Shown here: positions 36,330 through 46,911 of the stretch, piece by piece | Layout of the letters: each line of letters starts with the position of its first letter | Numbering within the stretch: position 1 is the stretch's first letter | From: Narcine bancroftii | Lineage: Eukaryota | Direction: 5' to 3' | Assembly (NCBI RefSeq): GCF_036971445.1 | Contig: NC_091478.1 | Location: 62,930,001-62,994,000 of the forward strand | DNA: 64,000 nucleotides | The notes under the pieces: model-generated | The model's input: the letters and a program-made list of their open reading frames with translations, nothing else | The model's database searches: none | Told to the model about the DNA's origin: nothing | Made by a program: the position numbers and the translations under genes

Positions 36330-37230
36330 AGTGACACAGTGTGAAGTGAAGCAAATAAAGAACAAAAGGCTTGTATTTAAATGCATACAGCATAAGAAAT
36401 AAAGTGGACAACCTTGTAGTAAAGTAACTGATTGGCTAGTACAGAGTCATGGCTAAAGGCTGGATGTCATTGGGAACTGAATGTCTGAGGATGAGCAGGT
36501 AATCGGGGGTGCTGTCGTTCTGCTGGCAAGGAACAACATTAAATCCTTAAAAGAGCTGACAGGGCTCAGAAGCTATAGAATCAATGTGGGTTCAGTTAAG
36601 AAATGGCAAGGGTGAAGACACTGTAAACTGTTATATACACACTTCCAAGCATTAGCCGTGATGTGGACAAAAATTTGAACAGCAGATGGAAAAGACGTGT
36701 CAGAAGGGCCATGTTATGGTAGTCATAGGGGATTAAATATGCAGGTAGATTGAGAAAACCAGGTTAGGACTAGATCTCAAGAGAGAGATTTAGTAGAAAA
36801 CCGATGAGATTACTTTTTCGAGCAGCTCGGTCATGAGCCCACGAGGGGATTGGCTGTATTGTAGTGGATCTGGAGCGATGAGCCCGAGGTGATTCAATTG
36901 CTTTGAGTAAAGGAACCAATAGGGGGCAGTTATCATAATATATATGATTGAGTTCAATTTGAGATTTACAAGGAGAAAACAAAAGCAGATGTGCAGTAAA
37001 AGGAATTACACTGACATGAAAGGAACTGGCCAAAGTAGATTAGAAGGGGGCACTAGTAGAGAAGACAGCAGAGCAGAAATGGATGGAGTTTCTGCAAGAA
37101 TTGGGAAGTATAAATACAAACCCCCAAAAAAGGAGAATATTCGAAAAGAAAAATGTCACAATTATGCCTGACTCGGAAAGTCAAAGCCAACGTGAAAGCA
37201 AAAAAGAGCAACAGAAAATAGTGGGAAGAC
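36330..37230 (+). mobile_element. Degenerate CR1 endonuclease region
   Basis: LVFKCIQHKK / TESWL / ESMWVQLRNGKG / VIGD-like remnants. Confidence 0.55.
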
Positions 37231-37424
37231 TATCTCCGGCTCCCAAGCAAAGACCGGTACACACAGCAAACCACGCCAAGGCGGTCCAAAGAAGAAAGAA
37301 GACCATCTGAACGCTTAAAGCACTATGTGCCCCGATTATTGTTAAATACTTTCCCTTTTATAATTATAATTACTCATGGGGTGTATTCTAATTCTCACTT
37401 GTAGTCCTGGCCCGATGTAATCTT

Positions 37425-37712
37425 ATTGACCACCGCCAGTGGGCTGATATCGCCTCAAACCGTGCATCTTGGCGCCTCACAGTTCGGCGGGCAGCAACCT
37501 CCTTTGAAGAAGACCGCAGAGCCCACCTCACTGACAAAAGGCAAAGGAGGAAAAACCCAACACCCAACCCCAACCAACCAATTTTCCCCTGCAACCGCTG
37601 CAACCGTGTCTGCCTGTCCCGCATCGGACTTGTCAGCCACAAACGAGCCTGCAGCTGACGTGGACTTTTACCCCCTCCATAAATCTTCGTCGGCGAAGCC
37701 AAGCCAAAGAAT
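37425..37712 (+). mobile_element. Young RTE 3' end
   Basis: Near-identical to 17141-17425; ATCTTATT flanks both sides. Confidence 0.9.
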
Positions 37713-38589
37713 CTTATTAGTTGGAAGGGACCCAGTCAGCATTTATCGTTGGGTGGAAGCCCGCCCTCTGCTGGACATTATGTCGCCCATTGCCCTTCCA
37801 CGTGTATAAACATCCATATATATATATATATATATATATATACCCCTTGTGTCAGTAGCCATGTTAGTCTGATGAAAATAAAGGATGAGAAAGCATCAGG
37901 TCTCCTTTCATACAGACGTCTGTCTCGTTTTAAATCATACATTTAAGAAGGGCCCAGACCCGAAACTTCGTCATATATAGTTACCCCCTGTTGGACGCGG
38001 CAGGTCGTGTTAAGCTACAGCATTTCTCCATCTCATAGTATCCAGCTTAATCTCAACCTTCAAACAATGTGCTGGACGGGAGTTCAGAGACAGTGATGGA
38101 CCCGGCGATGTGTGCTACCTTCTGTTTTCCGGGCTTCTCAAATTATCATTCCAGGGCGATACGCAACCAGTCGATATTATTTGAGCAGAACATGTTCGAC
38201 AAAAGATTCCGAACCTCCTCGCACTGCTTAGAAAGTAGGCACCTTGGAAAGCAACGCAGGTGGGTGGAGTCGGTATGGGTGGACGCGTACGAGTTGGGTG
38301 AAGGGCAGGCACTCAATTTGGGGCTGAAAGGCAGCGGTGAGGATGGCTCGCGCGCGGACATCGAAACCCGCGAAAGGGAAGCAGGGAGAAGTCGATCCCA
38401 TCACGGCCACCAACCCCTCCCCCCCCCCCCTCACCCTGGGAGGAAGGATGCTGGACAAGTGACGTTGAAAGGAGGGCGCAGAGAGCGCTGTAGTCGGTCT
38501 GTGTACCCTGGACCCACCTCCCTCGCATTCCCTGCGCGCAGGCCAATGAATTTTTATCATTGCTTTGTTCGGTAACTCGAGTGTCCGGG

Positions 38590-38910
38590 CACCCAGGAGG
38601 TGGGAAACGTCCCCTCCACCTTCATCACCATCGGGGTTTCAAACAGGTGAGGCAGACGTTCGGCTGCTCCTCCTCCAACCTCGTCCACTGCAATCGCTGC
38701 TTCCGATGTGGTTTCCTTCACGTCGGTGAGACGAAACGCAAACCTGGAGACCTTTTCGTATAGAGTCGACGATCTGGGTGCGATGGCGATGCCGCGCATT
38801 TGATATCCCTGCCATTTCAACGCCTCTTCCCATACTCACACCAACCTGGCCTCTCCACTGCCGGAGTGAGACCTGTTGCAAGTGGAGCAACAACCTCATG
38901 TCATCTTGAA
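38590..38910 (+). mobile_element. Penelope-like GIY-YIG fragment, CpG-rich
   Basis: FKQVRQTFGCSSSNLVHCNRCFRCGFLHVGETKRKPGDLF. Confidence 0.7.
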
Positions 38911-40010
38911 CGCGGTGACCGGATCCGATTCATCATCTCCTCGGGCAGTGAGTTCTACATATTAATGAATCTCCGTGTAAAAAAAAGGATCTTTCAGATC
39001 CCCTTGAAACCTTCCTCGCATCTTGAACCGATGCCCTCCCGTTCTTGATGATCCAACCGACGGAGTAAACCCAATCTGATTATCTACCCTCTCTGTTCTT
39101 CTCATCTCGGCCATATTTCTAACGATAAATATATATACATTTTAAATTTAGCACGGTAACAAGCCCTTTCTGCCCACCAGCGCGCGCCGCCCAATTTATT
39201 CACAATGAACCTATAAAACCCGGTACTTTTCGAACAGTGGGAGGAAGGAAACCATAGACCCGGGGAAAACCCACTCATTCAATGGACGGAAATTCTTTCT
39301 TGTTGCAGCCGAGTTGGTCCTCCGTAAAAAAAGTCACCCGTCCACATTCAATTAAAAAAGAGATAATAATTTCAAGCTGTAGTATGGGATTCGAGGACAA
39401 GAGGGCACAACTTCAGGATAAAAGGGCGTCAATTTAAGAGAAGCGGAATAGTTTCCTTTGCCAGAGGATGGTGAGTCTGTGGAATCCAGATCGTTGGGTA
39501 TATTTAAGGAAGACATTGGCAGGTATTTGATTAGTCAGGGCATCAAGGGTTACGGGGAGAAGACCTGAGAGTGGGGCTGAGTAGGTGGATGGATCAACTC
39601 ATGATAGAATAACGGAGAAGCCTCGATGGGCCTAATTCTGCTCCAAAATCTTGTTATCAATGTAAGAAGCATGATGTTTGAGCATTGCAGGATTAGTGGG
39701 AGAAGGGGGCGTTGTTTCGAGGGGAAATTCATCACAAATCATACTTTCTATATATTAAGTCGTCAAGGTGATTTCAGGAGGGCAAGAAATTAATGCATTT
39801 CAAACTCCTACTTTTCCCCTTCCTCAATTATCGATAGCAAACCCTGAAACGATGTCAACTATTTATTTTGAACATATAAATTCAACATTCCAACGTTCAC
39901 TTCCAGGATGTGATAAGCCCCGGCAACTCGTCATACAACCCAAACGTCAGACGTCGCTTCACATTTAACAGCGTTCCTGACTGCAAGGTCATTTGAATCC
40001 CTTGTGCAGA

Positions 40011-40050
40011 ATGTCAGGGACTGCGATTGTTCTCCTTCTGCTTCTCCGAG
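40011..40050 (+). CDS. Gene B exon 1: leader peptide MSGTAIVLLLLLR
   Basis: AGAATG context, hydrophobic core, phase-1 donor G|GTAATA. Confidence 0.85.
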
Positions 40051-40166
40051 GTAATATTTAACCAGTACCATTTTGTTCCTTGTTCTACTTATTTAGTTCT
40101 CTCTCTTTATCTCCCATCTCGATGCCGGCCTCACCGATTTAATTGCGCCATGTTACATTTTCTCAG

Positions 40167-40490
40167 CAGTTGCAGATCAGCGAGGTTTTCATGTAAATCA
40201 ATTACCCAAAGAAACCAGTATACCAGTCGGGGGAAATGTTACCTTTTATTGTGTGTTCCCCATCATCCGCGACAAGTCCAGTGTGAAGGTCTACTGGTGG
40301 AAGGAGGGTGAGAATGCATACCAACACAGCGATGTCGCCAATGGAAAACGATATGGTCTCCGAGGTAGAGCAAGTTGGTACTTTGAGTTGTGCAAAGCAA
40401 CTGTCCAAGATTCTGGAGTATATCGCTGTTCCGTCATCGGTCCGGAAATGGTTGCAATCAATGGAAGTGGATCACGTCTAATTGTTCACG
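40167..40490 (+). CDS. Gene B exon 2: VJ-type Ig V domain
   Basis: 324 nt. Differs from gene A at two positions by eye (CVF vs CVL, and a silent TCA/TCG); same splice sites. Confidence 0.95.
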
Positions 40491-40993
40491 GTAAATCATA
40501 TTAACGGGAAAGGCAAACAGCGAATAACTGTCTGAACAATAAGAAACGGAAAGGCTGGTAGATAGACCATGATTTGTCGATACCCCTCTACCCACTCAAT
40601 GAGGATGAGGAAGGCAGAGGTTCTGTCGCCCGTCACCCAACCCGTACAGTTCGCGTTTATGTTCATGCCCGCCCGAAGAGGCTCGCTGCAACGTGACACA
40701 AAGCTTTATGGATTCTCATTTGTATTGTCTAGTATATTCACCATCCTCACCCAGGCCCCCATCCTATAACTATTTTGTCTGATGTGGATCAAACAACCTG
40801 CAAATAAAAGCATTCCTCAGCCATTCTATATTCAGAAGATCATCGCTCCACCATTGCCTGAGTACCTTGCGGGAACAATATCACGTTATAAGTAGCAAAA
40901 GGGAACCATTGAAAATTGTGGAAGTAGAAGATAACCACCCATTCACTCCCCCCGCCCCATACACTCAATCATTATCTCTCTGTCTCTTTCTCT

Positions 40994-41151
40994 NNNNNNN
41001 NNNNNNNNNNNNNNNNNNNNNNNNNNNNNNNNNNNNNNNNNNNNNNNNNNNNNNNNNNNNNNNNNNNNNNNNNNNNNNNNNNNNNNNNNNNNNNNNNNNN
41101 NNNNNNNNNNNNNNNNNNNNNNNNNNNNNNNNNNNNNNNNNNNNNNNNNNN
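40994..41151. other. Assembly gap (158 N)
   Basis: N run. The collinear interval in copy A (about 7070-8436) is about 1.4 kb and includes the 5' part of the C1 exon. Confidence 0.99.
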
Positions 41152-41264
41152 TGTAGTTTCCAGCGATTTAACCTACAGCAACGGCGAGGATCAATATGCC
41201 TGCAAGGTATATCACCTCTCTCTCCAGACTCCAGCCGTTGCCAGGTATTCTGTTGCGAAACAAG
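41152..41264 (+). CDS. Gene B exon 3 (visible 3' part): C1-set domain
   Basis: VVSSDLTYSNGEDQYACKVYHLSLQTPAVARYSVAKQ, identical to 8437-8549; donor G|GTATGT. Confidence 0.9.
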
Positions 41265-41838
41265 GTATGTCGTTTAACAGTCCAGTGAGTCGTGATTTGT
41301 TGTAAATGCCTTGATTCATTGTATAAATTCTTGCAGTTAATAATTCCGAAATTAAATCATTCAAATTCCATGGGGAAATATAGGATGGAGCATTGATTTA
41401 ATTTCCAATTTGTATCAAAACCCTGTGCGTCTGAGGCATGGCCACTCAAATGCCGTTGGCAATCATTTTTTCAAAAAATTGCTGCGCTACAAAAGCATAG
41501 AGATATTAATCGTTCATGTTTCATACCCACCTCATTTTCATTAGGTTTCTTTTGTTTTCAATTTTAAGTGTGTCAGAGTTTTGCTCTACCACCATCTCTA
41601 AACTTCTTGTCCTTCTTGGAACTCTTAAATCTGCAGTTTGCTTTGCAAATTAATTTGGACTACATTCAATCAATTTAGAAACTTCGAGTATTAATTATGT
41701 GCACATCATTTGTTCTGTATTTATTGCTATTTTCATGTTCACTCGTGTACAGCGTAATTCCACCCAGTTGTGTTTCAGCCCTATTCTGACCGCTCCACTC
41801 ACAAATGGACAAAGAATGTGTTTAACATGAAAACCTAA

Positions 41839-42615
41839 TGTTACTGAGTCCAGAGGACCCCAAAAACTAGCAGCAATAAATATGCACCACAACACAGTGT
41901 TACTTCAACAAAAGTAGTTTTTACTTGTATTTGAACAATAAAACAGAATTGAACTTTAAATTATTACTTAAATTACCTAATAATTAATACCCCCCCTCCC
42001 CACCCCAATCCCTCTAATACTAAGCGCAGGTGTGTGTAATGTATATTTTAGATTAGAAAGGTTCTTTGGATCACAGTCCAATCTCACTGGTTGCAGGCAA
42101 TTCTTGTACTGTGCACAGATGTTTGCATTAGCAAAGTTCACCAGTCTTTGGTGCTTAGCAGGCAAATGGTTACCACTCAAGAGGGTTCTTGCTGGTTTTC
42201 AGTGATAGATTCCTTTTCTAGACATCCACAACTGATTCCTACTCAATCAGTCTTGCTGACGAACCTTGCCCCCTTTTGGGTTCTCCAGGTGATCCTCTTT
42301 CTTTCAGACCGCCAATCTCCGCCTCTGACCAGACAGCCTTCCAAAGTTTGCCAGCTGCTGCCCCTGGAACGGATTACTGTCTCCTCTCTCTCTGTTTCAC
42401 ATCATCGCTCTCTGAGAGCAACACTCTTCTCTGCCTGCAAAGATATCATAGTCTCCCAGGCAAGCTGCTAACGATACTTTATTGCCTCCTGCAAAGAGCA
42501 TTCTGAAATAGTCCTGCAAATAATCTATGTTTTAATGTGTGTGTGTGTGTGTATGTGTGTGTGTGCAAGCTGCTCTAAGAATTCCTCCCAAACCACCTGT
42601 GAATACTCTGTCACA
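41839..42615. mobile_element. Solo LTR (777 bp) in the C1-TM intron of gene B
   Basis: Starts TGTTAC and ends GTCACA; 4-bp TSD CTAA at 41835-41838 and 42616-42619; partial second copy at 4753-4990. Confidence 0.8.
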
Positions 42616-42652
42616 CTAACAAGTATAATAAATATTCCTTATAACTTTGCAG

Positions 42653-42766
42653 ATTCTCGCAATACACTCGCAAACTACCTGGTTCCTAGTGGCGTGGTGG
42701 TTGGATTACTGATTTTAGTGCTAATGATTGTTGTCGGGGTACGGTTGGGACGACAGGAACTTGAAG
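42653..42766 (+). CDS. Gene B exon 4: uncharged transmembrane segment
   Basis: Acceptor ATAACTTTGCAG and donor GAAG|GTAAGA, phase 1-1, 114 nt. Translates DSRNTLANYLVPSGVVVGLLILVLMIVVGVRLGRQELE. Confidence 0.9.
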
Positions 42767-44394
42767 GTAAGATCTGGATTGAACGCTCGATGTTACTGAA
42801 CACGGAAGAATTGTAAAATTCCTTTAATCTGTTGACAGCTTTGACAAACCGCCGGTCATCCTGAACGAGGAGTTGCCTCTTCTCGGTGACTGAACGTCCG
42901 TTCTCCTTTTCCCAATTCAGATTTTGCCTACTAAGAAGCAATAATGATTGCCATGTTCACCCTAGAACAACTGGAAGAAACTGCAGGGAACAGGATGAAC
43001 CACCAATCAAAGCCACATAATCTGGGAACTGAGAAGAATATGATGAATTCATTTCCAGTTCGACCGAACGCAAAAAGCCACCTCCATTCCATGTATGTTA
43101 CACGTGATGATATGGGAGAGCGACTGGTCTATGCGCTCAGAACAGGCTCAATGGCAATCGAGTGGCATCTAAGGATCGTAGCTCATGCATCCTTCGTTTA
43201 CGACCCTGTTTCTCCTGCAGTTTTGCACTTCACGTCAAACAGGTTTACACTTCATGAGCAGTTAATCCGTCAGGCAATGTGAAAAATATTCGACATTTGT
43301 GGCATTCACACCGGGATCAAGTTTTACAGAAAATATGGTTATAAAGCCGAACTCTGCAGATTATACTTGTGCACTTATGTTGTGAAAGCCAGACTCCCTG
43401 ACTACTTTCATGAAACGTCTGCAAATTTTAAGTAAAGACTCTCAACCAATCTCCTGCTGCTGAACATAACCCAACTCCATGCTCCAACACGGGGCAGAGG
43501 AATATTCTCTATCTCATTCTCCATCAAAGGAAACTCATCTAAGTGTATCCTAATCAGCTCTGCTTCAAATGAAGCTCCCGACCTGAAGAAGAGAATGTTC
43601 AAATTTCAATTCTGGCTCTGGTATAATATACTTTTAGATATCAGTGAGTTCTGCTCTAACCCGCACTTCAGATGTATGGTCGATTTTTTAAAATTAACTT
43701 GCAAACACTTAACAGATAATATGAATGCCCCAATAGGCTAACCAAACCAAAAGCCTTTTAAAACAATATCGTCACCAAAATCTAATTCAAACTCAAGCAA
43801 CATCAATATGTAGAGCTCGTGGTTCGTTTACCTATCACCAGTATCTCCAATGGAGCAGTCTATTCCGAAAGGCGCCCTTGAAAATAATTATCTGGAGCGT
43901 AAGGAAAATAACGCATGGATATTTTCAAAGCGTCCATGAAAACAGCTAACGTTGTGGCAGCTTCATTGCGATTCTGGCATTGAACGATCGAAACATTGTA
44001 AAGAATCACCCAAGAGTCTATGGTGTAAGGAAAAAAAGCTGGTTATCAGTCGGATACAGAAACAAAGGAAATAGTGCAAGCAGCAGGCAATCGTCCATGA
44101 CCCACAAGCTCACACACACAAACTGCCTGTGCAAAGCCTAAATCCACATTCGCTGCACCATTACCTCAGAAACGTACCTGCGGAGCAATGATTCAATTAC
44201 ATTTTCGACTTCAGTCCAATTAAAAAAATGTCATTTGATGGCATTGGTCGCCTTGTTAATGTTTTCCTTCATTTCGGAATTAAACAAAATACCACTGGTA
44301 AAATGAATTTGGGTTCGATTTGAGGATAGAAAAGATGTCACAATGCGAAATACGAAATATTTCCAGCATTTGTCCATTTCCCGAAATATATTTT

Positions 44395-45342
44395 AGAAAC
44401 ATAGAAACATAGAAGATAGGAGCAGGAGTAGGTCATTCGATCCTTCGAGCCTGCTCCGCCATTCAACGAGTATATTGGCTGATCTTAAAGTTCAGTACCC
44501 CGTCCCCGCCTTCTCTCCGTAACCTTTAATACCCTTATACTGAAGAAATATATCTAATTCCCTCTTAAATATATTTAATGAACCTGCCTCCACTGCCCTC
44601 TGTGGCAATGAATTCCACAGATTCACCACCCTCTGGGTAAAGAAATTCCTCCTCCTCTCGGTCCTAAATGGTTTGCCTATTATCCTCAAACCATGGCCCC
44701 GGGTTCTGGATTTTCCCATCATTGGAAACATCCCATCTGCATCCACTCTGTCCAGTCCTGCCAGAATTTTATATGTCTCTATGAGATACCCTCTCAATCT
44801 TCTAAACTCCAGCGAGTACAATCCCAATCTGCGCAATCTTTCCTCATAAGTCATTCCTGCCATTCCAGGTATCAGCCTGGTGAATCTCCTCTGCACTCCC
44901 TCCATTACAAGAACATCCTTCCTTAGATAAGGTGACCAAAACTGCACACAATACTCCAGGTGTGGTCTCACCAAGGCCCTGTACAACTGCAGTAAGGTAT
45001 TCTTGTTCCTATACTCAAACCCTCTTGATATGAAGGCCAACATACCATTTGCCTTTTTAACCGCCTGCTGTACCTGCATGCTCGCCTTCAGAGACTTGTG
45101 TACAAGTACCCCTAGGTCTCTCTGCACTTCCCCATCTCTTAATCTATTGCCATTCAAATAGTAATCTGCCCTCCGGTTTGTATTACCAAAGTGGATAACC
45201 TCACATTTATCCACATTGTAGTGCATTTGCCATGTATCTGCCCAGTCCCTCAATTTATCCAAATCACACTGGAGCTTCCTGACCCCCTCTTCCGTGCACA
45301 AAACCCCTCCGAGCTTAGTGTCGTCTGCAAATTTGGAGATAT
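44395..45342 (-). mobile_element. Young CR1 LINE 3' end in a gene B intron
   Basis: Uninterrupted ORF 44492-45301 (LYRALVRPHLEYCVQFWSP...FFTQRVVNLWNSLP) and (ATGTTTCT)n tail. Confidence 0.95.
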
Positions 45343-45399
45343 CCGCACTGCGAATGATGTTAAACGTTATAATGACATTAAAATTTCGCCTCTTTCAAG

Positions 45400-45443
45400 G
45401 TGAAGAGGAATGTGGGATGGAACCAAATGGCCACCAGGATCAG
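45400..45443 (+). CDS. Gene B exon 5: short cytoplasmic exon GEEECGMEPNGHQDQ
   Basis: Acceptor TTTCGCCTCTTTCAAG and donor CAG|GTATGT. Phase 1 to 0 bridges the TM exon and the terminal exon exactly. Confidence 0.7.
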
Positions 45444-45569
45444 GTATGTCCCTTCATTTATTCATACTGGTCAATGCTGGAAATGCCAAGAAATAGACTG
45501 AATTAGAGCGACTATATTCTGCTCACATTAGAAACTTTACGTATGTTTACCAGAAGTATTAATCGGATT

Positions 45570-46165
45570 CAGAATTTATTGTCATGATCAAGTCATGAAA
45601 TTCGGTATTTTGCAGCAGCATCTTAATGAGAACATGGATATAACCATCTTACGACATTACTATAAAAGTAAAAGAAAGTAATTAAAAACAAAAGTGCAAG
45701 GTAGGTATTTTGGATCATTAAACATTCAGGAATCTGATGGCAGCGGGGATCAAGCTGTCTTGTGCCGTTGAGAGCTCGACTTTAGGCTCCCGTACTTTTC
45801 GCAGATGGTAGTAGAGTGAATCTGGAATGGGCTGTGTGCTGGGTGGTGGGGGGTTCTTAAGGATTGAGGCAGTGTTTTTTTTTTAAAGACACCACCTCAT
45901 GTAGATGTCCGCGATGGTCCCAGACAGAGTTAACAACCCTCTGCAGTTTATTCTTGTCCTGAGAGTTAGTGTCTCCATACCAGGTAGTGATGCAACCAGC
46001 CAGAATGCTCTCCACGGTCCACTTGTGACATGCTCCTCAGACACCTCACAAAGTATAGCCGCTGGCGAACCTTCTTGGTGATTAGATCAACGTGGAGGCT
46101 CCAGGACAGATCCTTGGAGATGTTAACACCCAGGAATTTGAAGTTCTTGATCCGCTCCACAAATC
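45570..46165 (-). mobile_element. Rex1/Babar-like LINE 3' part
   Basis: VERIKNFKFLGVNISKDLSWSLHVDLITKKVRQRLYFVRCL. Confidence 0.8.
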
Positions 46166-46476
46166 CGGTCACAGAGGACTTTTCAAATGGTTATCACAAT
46201 GTCCTTGGTTTCAGCGTTTTCAAGTGTTAAATGTCTGATTAACAGATCAAGGTTCAGTAGCAGTGGTTAAATGTTGGAGATCGTCGCTCTTTGAAACTCT
46301 TCCAAAGTCAAAACTGATAGGTTTAAATAAAATATGATGTTCATCGTGCCATAATATTTGCAACTGTATCCATATATTTATACATGAACTCGTGTCCTTG
46401 ATCTCAAGCCCAGAGCAAACTATTTAAGGATTGACACGGACACTTAGTTGAATAATATTTTTGTCGAACTTTTCAG

Positions 46477-46827
46477 AGAGAAGAGAACAACATGGTACAT
46501 TATGTTGCAATACATTTCGACACGTCCAGGAAGGCCACAAAACAAAAACGTCTTGACGCAAGGCATGCTTTTGATCAGGTGAGTGTAAATAACGGTGTAG
46601 AGAGTTCATTAATTGGATACTATTTCTCAAGCATACGATTTGAGCAGCACATCCCAAAACAAATGAAAAAGCCAAATAGCAGTATTTTCTCAATTGCCTT
46701 TACAGAAAATGCAAGGGGAACCAGCACAGAGTATAGGATAAACTGCAAAGAGAGCACAGAATATGCGGAGGTGAAAACAAAAAAAGACCGCGGAGCAACA
46801 GAGGCGCTTTATTCAACAATAAGATAA
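46477..46827 (+). CDS. Gene B terminal cytoplasmic exon with ITIM/ITSM motifs
   Basis: Acceptor GAACTTTTCAG, phase 0, open to TAA. Translates REENNMVHYVAIHF...STEYAEVKTKKDRGATEALYSTIR*. VHYVAI fits ITIM, TEYAEV fits ITSM, ALYSTI is ITIM-like. Confidence 0.82.
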   Translation, partial: REENNMVHYVAIHFDTSRKATKQKRLDARHAFDQVSVNNGVESSLIGYYFSSIRFEQHIPKQMKKPNSSIFSIAFTENARGTSTEYRINCKESTEYAEVKTKKDRGATEALYSTIR

Positions 46828-46911
46828 ATATACCAGTCAGGCTGCAGTGGCGAAGACTCGTTTCTGACGTATTTCAATCGCAATCTGCTTCAAAATCAAC
46901 TTTTTGATGCT

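Larger units (their letters stand above)
39032..41609 (+). repeat. Segmental duplication, copy B
   Basis: Collinear with 5133-8894; contains the assembly gap. Confidence 0.95.

Noticed and set aside
38069-38575. 168-aa ORF in the CpG-rich block
   Set aside because: No recognisable domain; GC-rich DNA gives long ORFs in several frames.
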